Positions 12,241 through 24,299 of a stretch of DNA of 43,711 bases are shown here, one piece after another (positions within the stretch are counted from its first letter, which is position 1; each line of letters opens with the position of its first letter). Under the pieces are notes generated by a model that had not been told where the DNA came from, ran no database searches, and was given only the letters and a program-made list of their open reading frames with translations. Source of the DNA: Octopus bimaculoides (lineage: Eukaryota); the NCBI RefSeq assembly GCF_001194135.2, contig NC_068988.1, positions 36,582,581 through 36,626,291 of the forward strand, in the 5' to 3' direction. Made by a program: the position numbers and the translations under genes.

Positions 12241-13392
12241 AGTTATGCTAACCGTATCAGCAGTAGTTGTTTTACATATACGACAATTGCACTACGAAAC
12301 AGAATTTATATTCGAACACATCAGTTTATATAATATTTCNNNNNNNNNNNNNNNNNNNNNNNNNNNNNNNNNNNNNNNNNNNNNNNNNNNNNNNNNNNNN
12401 NNNNNNNNNNNNNNNNNNNNNNNNNNNNNNNNNNNNNNNNNNNNNNNNNNNNNNNNNNNNNNNNNNNNNNNNNNNNNNNNNNNNNNNNNNNNNNNNNNNN
12501 NNNNNNNNNNNNNNNNNNNNNNNNNNNNNNNNNNNNNNNNNNNNNNNNNNNNNNNNNNNNNNNNNNNNNNNNNNNNNNNNNNNNNNNNNNNNNNNNNNNN
12601 NNNNNNNNNNNNNNNNNNNNNNNNNNNNNNNNNNNNNNNNNNNNNNNNNNNNNNNNNNNNNNNNNNNNNNNNNNNNNNNNNNNNNNNNNNNNNNNNNNNN
12701 NNNNNNNNNNNNNNNNNNNNNNNNNNNNNNNNNNNNNNNNNNNNNNNNNNNNNNNNNNNNNNNNNNNNNNNNNNNNNNNNNNNNNNNNNNNNNNNNNNNN
12801 NNNNNNNNNNNNNNNNNNNNNNNNNNNNNNNNNNNNNNNNNNNNNNNNNNNNNNNNNNNNNNNNNNNNNNNNNNNNNNNNNNNNNATATATATATAAATG
12901 TTTGTGCACGTGTGTGCGTGTGTGTGTTTGTAAGTATGTGTGTCTGTCTATGTGTGTGTTTGTATGTATATATATGTGTGTGTGTACATATATATGGGAG
13001 AGTGAATTTGTCAGTACATCTATAAAAAAAATGTGGTGATGAATTATATGCTTTCAAAACAGAAATTGCTGTTAAATGAATTAAGGATGATGCACAAAAG
13101 ATCGTAAGCAAAAACAATATAATAATAATTACTTTAGTTTTCTCTCTAAGTTGAGAAACAAAAGCGTAGGGCCGAATGTTTGCGAACAATAAGCTGTAGA
13201 GGAAATACTACAAAATAGCTAAGACATTTGTTTACTACATTGTAGTACACTGAAATAAAATCGCCCTACGAGCAGTTTTTCTGTTACTGTTCTTAATGAT
13301 AATGGTTTCAAATTATGGCACATAGCAAGCAATTTCAGATGAGGTTCTAAGTCGATTACATTGATGTCAGTGCTAATACTTATTTTATTGAA

Positions 13393-13608
13393 GGCGGAGA
13401 GAGCTGGGAGAATCGTAAGCACGCCGGGCGAAATGCTTAGCGGTATTTTCGTCTGTCTTTACGTTCTGAGTTCAAATTCCGCCGAGCTCAACTTTGCCTT
13501 TCATCCATTCGGGGTTGATAAATTAAGTACCAGTTGCGTACTGTGATAGATCTAATCGACTGACACCCTCCCTCAAAGTTTCGGGCCTTGTACCTAAAGT
13601 AGAAAAGA
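13393..13608 (+). mobile_element. tRNA-derived SINE (family S3) with a Meta/MESC-like central domain
   Basis: Head GGCGGAGAGAGCTGGGAGAATCGTAAGCACG, B box GAGTTCAAATTCC, and core GCCTTTCATCCATTCGGGGTTGATAAATTAAGTACCAG. The core resembles the MetaSINE conserved domain as recalled; the superfamily name is unverified. Confidence 0.8.
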
Positions 13609-13609
13609 A

Positions 13610-13744
13610 TACTTATTTTATCGATGCCTCAACGATGAAAGGCAAAAATCAACCTCGGTGTATTTTGAACACAGAAGAATACGAGGGACATAGTTCCACT
13701 TAGCATTTTGTCCAGCGTGCTATCTATTTCTGAAATCTCGCTTC
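13610..13744 (-). mobile_element. Second, more decayed S3 SINE (head and core only), inverted relative to the first
   Basis: Reverse complement reads ...TAGCACGCTGGACAAAATGCTAAG...GTTCAAAATACACCGAGGTTGATTTTTGCCTTTCATCG...GATAAAATAAGTA, matching 13393-13529. Confidence 0.75.
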
Positions 13745-14684
13745 TTTAACAACCATACTAATCCTTTCTGCAATAGAGAAAAGGTATGGAAATGTAGTGT
13801 ATTTGCTGCTGTAAGTGGTGTTCGTGCTCTTGTTTTTTTGTTTTTGTTGTTGTGGTTCTTGTTTTTCTGGTTCTGCTGTGGTTTCTTATGTTGGTATTCT
13901 TCCGTCTGCTGTTAATTTTGATATTCCTGTGGTTGATATTTCTATTGTACCGAGATTGGTGCAATTTTGTTGTTACTTTATGGTTTTGTATTTGTGACTT
14001 TTGAGAACCTAGTGTTGAGGGCAGAAATCTCTCAAGTGGCTAGTCTCCCCACACATATGACACCGAGGCCTTCTACGCTCAACCGTAATATGCAGCTCAT
14101 TCCCTTCCGGGAGGCATATGATATCTTGGTTCTAGCAGATTGTGTCTAGTTTGATGTGGCGCAAGACTTCCACACAAATCACAAACCAGTTTTCACAAAG
14201 AATTATGTATATTTCCTGAAAACTGTCAATGTCTTCCAAAACGATACAAACTAAAACCCACCACTATTGTTGTTGATGATGTTATTTTTATTCACCTTGC
14301 AAACATTCTTGCCATTTGTGTTGCCGTATTTACTCTTGATCTTGCAATTTGTTTTTGTTACAATTGTTGATGTTGTGGTAGTGGTATTGATATTATTAAT
14401 GATGACCGTGTTGGGGGCGTGCTGTTGTCACTCTTTGTTGATGTCTATGGTATTGTCGCTTTGATTTAGGGTAACACCATTACATAGTTTGAATTAAATT
14501 CCCATGTTATACTGTGGTTCTTATTGTTGTTATTGTTGATCTTTCTAATTTGAGAACAAACAGGCAAGCCAAACAGATCTATGCAATGGGCATGACTTCA
14601 TTAAGCGTTTTGTAACTGAATTATAAAGTTAACAACTTTTGGAGACAAGAATCAACGGATAAACGTACGGTGATTTTAAAAACA

Positions 14685-14686
<2 letters not shown>

Positions 14687-14729
<43 letters not shown>

Positions 14730-14761
14730 GAATATAATAATACCAATCATAATAATAATAA
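14687..14761. repeat. (TAA)n array at the 5' junction of R4/Dong copy 1
   Basis: Directly visible. Confidence 0.9.
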
Positions 14762-15605
14762 ATGTTAAGAAAAGCCCCTTATATAGCAAATATTGGATTA
14801 AGCTAAACGGTAAAGGAATAGACAAGGTAAAATCCCAACAATGGTTGAGAAGCACATGACTTAAAGCAGAGACTGAACGATTTTTAATTGCAGCACAAGA
14901 TCATAAATCACCAAAAACACAGAATGAGAAGAAATACAAGTAACTGTAGAAGAATATGCGCTGATGGAGAGAAACAATAAATTATATTGTCTCTGGCTGC
15001 ACAGTCTTGGCTAAGAATGAATATATTCACAAGCATTACATAGTTGGGACCTACATACACTGGAAGCTATGCGAACCTAATGAAATGACAACAGGAAAAA
15101 GATGGTATAGACACATCCCAGAAAAGCTCACAGAAAATGAGAGGGCAACCGTACTCTAGGATAGGCCAATACACTTACATATAGGAAACATTAGGCTTAT
15201 GGAGCGGATATAGTTGTCAGACATCACCACGAAATAAAGGTTCTTTCTAATCGATGTATCAGTATCAACAGGTGACATCGTTTCTCTAAAACAAACGGAG
15301 AAACTTTTATAATACAAAGATCTGGAAATAGAGGTAACTCGAATGTAGAGCCTAAAAGCAGAAACAGTTCCTATAATAGTAGGCGCATTAGTTACGATAG
15401 AGAAACATTCAGACAAATGCATAACCAAAACACCAAATTTTAGAAGCGTATAAAACAGCGAAAATAGCACTATTATGCACCGCACACATCCTACATAAAG
15501 CAATTTCAATACGTAAAGCTCTTTCAATAAGAACACCACAACAGACCACAGTACATACCCAAGTCACATAGATTTGCGTCGGTAGTGCAGTGAAATTGCG
15601 TGGAT
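14762..15605 (+). mobile_element. R4/Dong-type non-LTR retrotransposon, 5'-truncated dead copy 1 (subfamily A): zinc-knuckle and RLE endonuclease region plus 3' UTR
   Basis: Frame-broken peptides KAETERFLIAAQD, IVSGCTVLAKNEYIHKHYIVGTYIHWKLC, FLIDVSVSTGD, KYKDLEIEVTRM*SLKAETVPIIVGAL. The 3' UTR matches the reverse complement of 20768-20905. Confidence 0.9.
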
Positions 15606-16059
15606 CGCACAAGAATGTGACGCCCCGATATTGATCTCCTTCTCACCATCTGCCGAACCTATTTACAGACCTGTGGAATTTGAAATATTCGCCAAGCTGC
15701 TTTTTTCCCTCTTACTATTCCCTCCAACTCTCAAATATTTATGATTATCTCAAGTGCAAGACAAAATCAGAACCAAGCAAGATTTCATAATACTACTCAG
15801 TAGTAGGGGCAAAGATGGCAGATTTAACGTAATTACAGTTATACTGTCACCATGGCTACAAAGGTTATGCACAATGATACAGAAAGAGGTATTATAGGAG
15901 GTAACTAACGATGAACTATGCTGTAACGGTATTAATGGCGGAGTTGACAATAGTGATAGTGATAACAACTGTCTCTACATCTTCCAAACAGGTCTCAATA
16001 CTAATAATTTTAAGGTAACTCAAATGTGTCTTATGAAACAAAAGGAAAACAACAAGAGC

Positions 16060-18838
16060 ATATCAAATCGCTTGTCCTATGGTTAATCTGGAAATGCGTC
16101 TCCAAGGTAAAAACCAGCCTGGAGTCTAAAAGCCATCCACTGGCTCAAACTCTTATCTGAATACCAACCTGAATGATCACCTGAACGGAAACTGCTCCAG
16201 GTCGAGACCTCCAAATCCACCACCACACCCACCACAGAAACAAAAACGTATGACGGTCACATGGATCCAGGAAGAGTATACAGAAGTAATATACGTCTAT
16301 TGCTATGCATTAAGAATGTCATCTAAAGAGAACACATCGAACATTCTTATCAAGTATAGAAAATACAAAATCAAGACTGTAGACTATATTTGGACGAAAA
16401 CAAGTTAGTAAATGTTAAAAGGGATATTTTCAGAAATAAAAAAACTCAGAAATAGTGAAATAACCAGGATCAAGCACGCAATGGGCAATAACCTAAATAT
16501 AAGACAAAAAGGAAATGAAGCATCAGACGAAGGGAGCAACTCTCCACGTTTCGCAATTGAGAAACTGCCACCTGACCAGAACACGCAACCGTCTGAAGAA
16601 ATATATTGTAATGAACCTGATAAAGATAGCGAGGAAAGTGGTAAAGAAACGGTATTTGAACATTACGCATTTTCCTAAAGAAATGAATATGCATGATAGA
16701 GTACCAATTCATAAACTTTCAAATATATTCCAGAATAGAAAATAAATTGAACTGGGAAACTACGTAGCAAAAGAAATTATGCAAGAACTAAAATCAGGTC
16801 TCACTGAATTAAACGAAATTATTTACGCAGCTACCAAAACAGTTAAAACCAGTTCTATGCCACTGAAAAGAAACAAAGAAATACAAACTTAAGAATTCCA
16901 AACAGGAAATGTGAAGTTTTAATAGAAATTGAAATAATGGGAGGTATAATATAAATATTGAATGAACGATGTAAAAGCAGGAAAAGAAGAAAGTTGAAGT
17001 AAAATTATAAATTCTCATCAAGAGAAGAATGCTTTCAGCAAAAGAAACACTGCATCAAAAAGTCCAGGATTTGAAGATTTCAGAAGAAAAAAATAAAACA
17101 AATGCTACAAGCAAAGTAAGCTGTTCATATCCAATATGAAAACATTCCACAGAGAAATAGGGAAGGAAAAACTAGCCGTGGAAGAAGTTGAAAACTTTTG
17201 GAAAAATATCTGAAGTGATAAAAAGATTTACAATAAAAATGCTGGATTAGACGGACAGAAGGATCCTCTCAAAGCTTACCAAAACACCCATAGGAAGACG
17301 TCACAATAGCAGATCCAAGGATGACAGTCACGAAGGCTCATAAGTGGAAATCCCCCAGTAATGATAGGTTGCAAAACTTCTGGCTCGCATCGCTCCCGTG
17401 CGCAAACGAAAAGTTATTCTTTCTACTGTTTTACTTTTTTACTTGTTTCAGTCATTTGACTGCGGTCATGCTGGAGCACCGCTTTTAGTCGAGCAAATCG
17501 CCCCTAGGACTTATTCTTTGTAAGCCTAGTACTTATTCTATTGGTCGGTTTTGCCGAACCGCTAGTTACGGGGATGTAAACACACCAGCATCGGTTGTCA
17601 ATGGATGACTTAAAACTCTATGTCAAAGACGTACAGTGAAAATATTATGTGATGACATCGGAATGGAATTTGGTCCTGATAAATGTGCCAAGGTCACTTT
17701 CCAGAAAAGGAAACTGAAGACATCACATTTAGTAGTGTTGGATGTTGACACAGTCATAAAAGAACCCGAGCTAGATCAAGCTTACAAATACCTCAGAATA
17801 AAGGAGAGCTCTGGCATTCAGCATGCAACCATGAAAGACGATTTGGACGGAATGTTACAGGAGAATTTGAGGCACCGCAAAAAAGGAAAACGAAGATCGT
17901 CTTTAGCTACACAGAACTCGAAGAGGTCGTGGCTTAATCCAATTTCAAATCTGTTACATAACCACCACAACTGGACGAGCAAAATATCTTGAAATATCTT
18001 TCGAGTGGATAGATGTAAGAAGCTTCATTTCGCTATGAAGGAGAGCAAAATGTCTTCAAGTGAGTTTATGCATAATATCCAGGTTAGACAGCATGACGGA
18101 GGTGCGACAACTAGTTGCAATGAAGGCGAAATCAATTGCAAAGCACAATGCGTTTGAGCAATTGTTTGATAGGTTGGAACGAAAAGCTCTGCATGGCAAA
18201 CAAGCTGTTGCGGATCAGAAGCACACCATCAGTGGCTACGGATCTCAGTGATAAAGGCAGAAAGCGAAGGCTTTATCTTCGCTGCTCAAGATTAGAGTTT
18301 ATTGACCGGGATATGTAAAGCCAATGTAATGAGATTGAGTGGACCACCTAAGCTCTGGGTCTAAGGTTTTAGCACTTGTAGAGTACAACCCAAGATATGA
18401 TAGAGTTGGCATTGGATAATGTGTCGACATTATAGAATCAAGACTGCTGACAAATGGTACAAGCACCACCCTAAGGCTGTATCTGAGGGATAAAATGTAA
18501 CGATTCTTTGGGACTTTCCAGTATATACAGACCGAACCTTCAACAACAATAAACCAGATATTGCTGTGAAAGCCGAAAACAATAAGGTCTATATATTGAT
18601 TGATATGAGCATACTCTGTGACCATAATATCTCGGCAAATGTATTTGATAAGCTCACAAAATATAAATATTTGCGAATTAAAATTGAAAAGTTGTGGCAT
18701 CAAAAGACGGTTACAATACTAGCGATCACAGGAACACTTGGAATGATCAAGAAAGTAACTGAAAATTATTTAAGAATGATCCTTGGCTTACCCAGATTCA
18801 AGAAGTGCAAACTATCTTAACTTAACTGGTACCTCACA
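16060..18838 (+). mobile_element. R4/Dong-type retrotransposon copy 2, spanning most of the element but heavily deleted and 3'-truncated
   Basis: Successive relics: N-terminal WIQEEYTEVIYVYCYAL and LDENKLVNVKRDI; KAHKWKSPSNDRLQNFWL; MDDLKLY; DIGMEFGPDKCAK...YKYL (ORF 17636..17992); KALHGK; KAESEGFIFAAQD; ILWDFPVYTDRT...NKPDI...LIDMS...DKLTKYKYL (ORF 18566..18820). The 5' boundary is approximate. Confidence 0.85.
17425..17601 (-). mobile_element. 5'-truncated S1 SINE nested in R4/Dong copy 2
   Basis: TTACTTGTTTCAGTCATTTGACTGCGGTCATGCTGGAGCACCGC...CATCGGTTGTCAA is near-identical to 35947-36113. Confidence 0.9.
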
Positions 18839-18920
18839 ATAGTTGTTGTTTTTGTTGTATCCTTCTATAACATACTATATTCGCTGACAGGGATCATGTC
18901 TTCAGGTTTTGCGACAAAAA

Positions 18921-18962
<42 letters not shown>

Positions 18963-18986
18963 TACTATTATTATTATTATTATTAT
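18921..18986. repeat. (TTA)n array, the 3' tail/target of minus-strand copy 3
   Basis: Directly visible. Confidence 0.9.
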
Positions 18987-20555
18987 CTGCTTCTTTTAAT
19001 TATGTTTCCTTTTCTTGCCGAGTGTCTTCCAAACACCTATAACAAAGAAAGTCCTTGTATACATTAGTTGGCCATTAAAATATACAGACTAGGTTATTCC
19101 TTCACAAAATTATGAGAAGAAAGGAAAAAAGAAATAGGTAGGCAGGAAAAATGTTTTAATAGGAAAGCACGCAAAAAAAAAAAATTAAATAATTATAAAG
19201 GGGAAGAAGAACGGATAGAAAATTCACAGCGACAATGCAATTCTCAATACGCGTGACGTACCAGTTAAAACAATTTTTTTTGCAATTCTTGCATGGATGG
19301 TAAGCTATGTTTCATTCTCAAATAATTTTCAGTTCCTTTTTTGATCATTCCAAGTGCTCTTATAATCATTGATATTGTAACGGTCTTGAGAGGCCACATT
19401 TCTTTCGATTTCAATCAGCTAATCTTTATATTTTGTGAGCTTATCAAATACCTTTGCCGAGATATGGTTACAGGGTATGCTCATGCCAGTCAATATATAG
19501 ACGTTATTGTTTAGATCCTTCACAACAATATCTGGTTTATTAGCTTTGATGGTCAGATTTGTATGTACTGGAAAGTCCCAAAGAATGGTTACATTTTGTC
19601 CCTCAGTTACAGCCTCAGGGTGATGCTCTTACCATTTGTCTGCAAGTTTGACTTCATAATGCCGAAACATAAACTAGTGTATATACTGGCCAAATCTGTT
19701 ATGTCTTGATTTATGTCCGAGAGGTGCTAAAATCTTACACCCAGAGATTAGGTAGTCAAATGTTTTAATCTTATAGTTGCAGTATCGGCACTTTGTATGT
19801 ACTGCATCTTTCGTCACATTGGCTTGGCAGTTACAGTTCAGTGAGTTCTGATCTTGATCAGCTAAGATAGAGCATTCGTTCTCTGCCTTTAGCTCTGATC
19901 TCGGGAGCCACTGGTGAATGTACCTCTGGTCTGCAACAGCTTGTTTGCTTCGGGTTACACATTTGCCAAGGAGAAATGTTTGTTCCCACCTATCAGCTAA
20001 TTGTTCCGACATTTTTATTTTGCCATTGATTTGACGTTCATTGCAACATCCTTTGCCACACTCCTATCATGTTGTTCAGCCTGGTTATTATGCATGAGCT
20101 CGCTGGCACATGTTTTGCTTTCCTTCATGACAGAACGATGCTTCTGATGATTTCCGTGGCTGTAGCATCAAAAGGTATTTGGCCAGTCCAGCTGTGGTGG
20201 TTTTGTAAGAAATTTCAAATTGGATCAAACCTCGACCTGCTTGGGCTCTTGGGTGATTAAGACGATCTGCATATGCTTTGGGTTGTGCATTTCATTGCAA
20301 GTCAACAGCTTATGGATTTTCCTGTCAATGTTCGATATTTCGATGATAATCCAGTTCAGTACATTGAAACTACAAATAGCAACTGAACATGTTAAGGAAT
20401 ATATGGCTAACACCTTTTTACGTGTAACTCAGATTTGAAGACTGCTTGAACTCTCCTGCAACATCCCTTCGTGATCTCTTTCATGATCGCATCCTGAATG
20501 CTAGAGCCCTCCCTTATTCCGAGGTATTTGTAAGTTAATTTTTGCTCAAATTCTT
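18987..20555 (-). mobile_element. R4/Dong-type retrotransposon copy 3 (subfamily B), 5'-truncated, 3' end present
   Basis: Minus strand reads TYKYLGIREG near 20530; ORF 19674..20012 has KCRYCNYKIKTFDYLISGC...RHNRFGQYIH (CCHC knuckle and RHN motif); then LTKYKD...ALGMIKKG...QKIVLTGTSRVLRIALSL*, a 3' UTR and (TAA)n. Confidence 0.9.

Positions 20556-21428
<873 letters not shown>

Positions 21429-21497
<69 letters not shown>
21429..21497. repeat. (TTA)n array at the 5' junction of copy 4
   Basis: Directly visible. Confidence 0.95.
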
Positions 21498-21498
<1 letters not shown>

Positions 21499-22169
21499 CT
21501 TCTTCATCATCACTGCTGTCATCGTCGGCGTGGTGGACTTCTAGCGTGGCTGTTAGAGTTGTCTTGTGTCGGAAGTGTGTTAAAGATCAGATCAAGATAT
21601 TCAAAGAATACCATCAGATATACTTATTGGTAATATTAGTGTTTTACTTGATTAAAATCCTTTCCAATAATAAAATATTCTGAACGTTGTTATAGCCATG
21701 AGCATTTACTTAGCAGCCGAATGCTACTTTCTGGTACCTTACTTGTTATTTACATTTTCAAAACTTGCAAACCAAATAATAAAAGGAAACATCTTCATTA
21801 TATTTGGGGTTTTTTTTATATTCTATAGCAATTATAATTTATTATTATTTTTCTTTTTAACAAGATATATATTTTTTTAATATGCACTGTAAGCCTACTG
21901 GGCATATTTGTGAGAGTGCACAAGAATAGCAATTTCTGTAATCTTTAATTAGAAATGATGAATAGGAAAATCAGCGAAAAGATATCATTCTCTATCTTTG
22001 TGCGCATAGAATATATAAAAAGCAAAGAGTACGATGCTACTTCCACGAGCTTTTGTTTTTAGTGCTACACTTTTAGATCTTTATTTCCTTTTTATTTATA
22101 AACATATGTTTGTAACTCGTTAATGCTGTCTCTCATACTCTGTATTTCTGTGTCTACATGCATAAGTGT

Positions 22170-22274
22170 GATCGTATGTGTACGTGTAAGTATATTCACC
22201 CACAGTCATAGGTATGTATAAACATATACTCAGACATACACACCCACATGTACATGCGTATATATATGTATATA

Positions 22275-22361
<87 letters not shown>

Positions 22362-22620
22362 GTATATATATATATATGTGTGTGTATATATATATGTATA
22401 TGTGTATGTATATGTATATATATATATATATATATATACATACATGTATATATACGTATATATAAATACACACATATGAAGATATATATATTCAAACAAA
22501 TACATATATATATATATGTGCGCACCTTCAAAATATTCTCACATATATGTGCATATTCATCTAACAACCTATCTATTTATATATCATTCTCTCTATATGT
22601 ATACATACATACATACATAC

Positions 22621-22687
<67 letters not shown>

Positions 22688-22710
22688 AATGAAGAGAGAG
22701 AGGGAGTAAG
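22170..22710. repeat. Large compound TA/TG/CA microsatellite
   Basis: Directly visible; source of the many YIYI ORFs. Confidence 0.95.
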
Positions 22711-24299
22711 AGGGAAAGAATGAGAAAGGGTCGACCATGTCTATACATGTATACGTACTGGTGAGTGTAACTGTGCAGATCATGTAACTTAGAGTGTATA
22801 TTTGAATAGTAATGTATAGTGCTGATATGTTTATTTTTGCATTTGAATCTAGAATGAATACCTCTATTGAGATTTTAATACGTTTTGCTATTTCTTTGCT
22901 TTTACCTTTCTTATCTGTAGTATTTCATTTATCTTTGCCTTTGATTATTTTTCACCAATGAATTTTTCAATCCGATAGAATACCAACATCATTATTACCG
23001 TGACTCATGCTTTGCGGTTGGGCGTTGATTCGTTTGGGCGTGGTTAAGGAAGCACCAGGTGCAATGTTGGGCAATTTTCCCACCAATGTTTAGTGGAAAT
23101 TTCGAAATTATAGACATGCAGATTAATAGCCAATCAATCCATTGACGAAATTTTCCATATAACTTAAAGAATTTGAAGTGTAATAGAAAAAATATTCTAT
23201 CAAAGAAAACATGACAAATACATCAGCATTTGAAATCAAATAAAATGTTAGGTGCAGTTCGAATAAAAAAAAAAAAAGTAATGAATAATATGCAAATTGG
23301 AAAGAAAATATTAGGAATGCATTCGTTTTGATTTCAGCTCGCATTTGATTATTTTTTTTCAAATATTAACGTGTAAAAATATAAATTATGCAGAAGAAAA
23401 TGAAATAAAACCAGCGTTGGAATTTCGAAACATAAATATTGATTTAACTCTGTAGTTACATGTAGAAATGCTTAAATTGGAATTGCGAAGCGAAGCTATA
23501 AACAGAGACAAGCATACGATTTTAAATATCGTTTATGTAAATATATATGTTCAATAATTATTGGGCAGTAAAACTTGTTGCAAGAACTTTATTCTATAAT
23601 CTTTTTTTTTATTTTTTATATTTTAGTGTGATTTAACCTGCGAATATTCTACGTTTATATTATGAGTAATCAATCAGATTTTTTACCATAGAAATATATT
23701 TTCTTCATTTTATTGATATAAAGAATCAATATGTGAAACTTGTATGTAAGGTAGCCTGAAAACAATTTCTGACGTTGTAAATGTTCTAAACCAAAGAGAA
23801 AAGGAAAATAAAATAACTCAAATTATTTCTAAGCATGGTATGTGTGTAATATTATGTCACTCACAAGAGAAATTTTAGGTTGTATTCTCAATTGAAACGT
23901 AATTCTATAAGGCATTTGGTAACTTTTCATATTTGGACAGGTATGAATAGCATAAATTTTGTAAAACTCGTTATTAATCATATTAACAGTTCCTTACACT
24001 GCTAATATCGCAACTGGACAACATATATAATAATACAAAAATATATCTAAAAAGCATTGAATTAAAGAATAGAGATATATATGTCATTATACTTTCTTCA
24101 CTTGACTAGTAAATATGCGGTACTTAGTGCAATTATAATAAATGTTCTTCTGTGTCCACAGTAGCAGGATGACAATGCCATAAATATTTAGCGTAAGTAT
24201 TTTAATGATATTCCAAACGTATTTCAGAGATACTGCTTATAGAGAGGTTTGCATGGAATCTACTAAGTAAATGCATGAAATTCAAAACTCTTTTTCATT

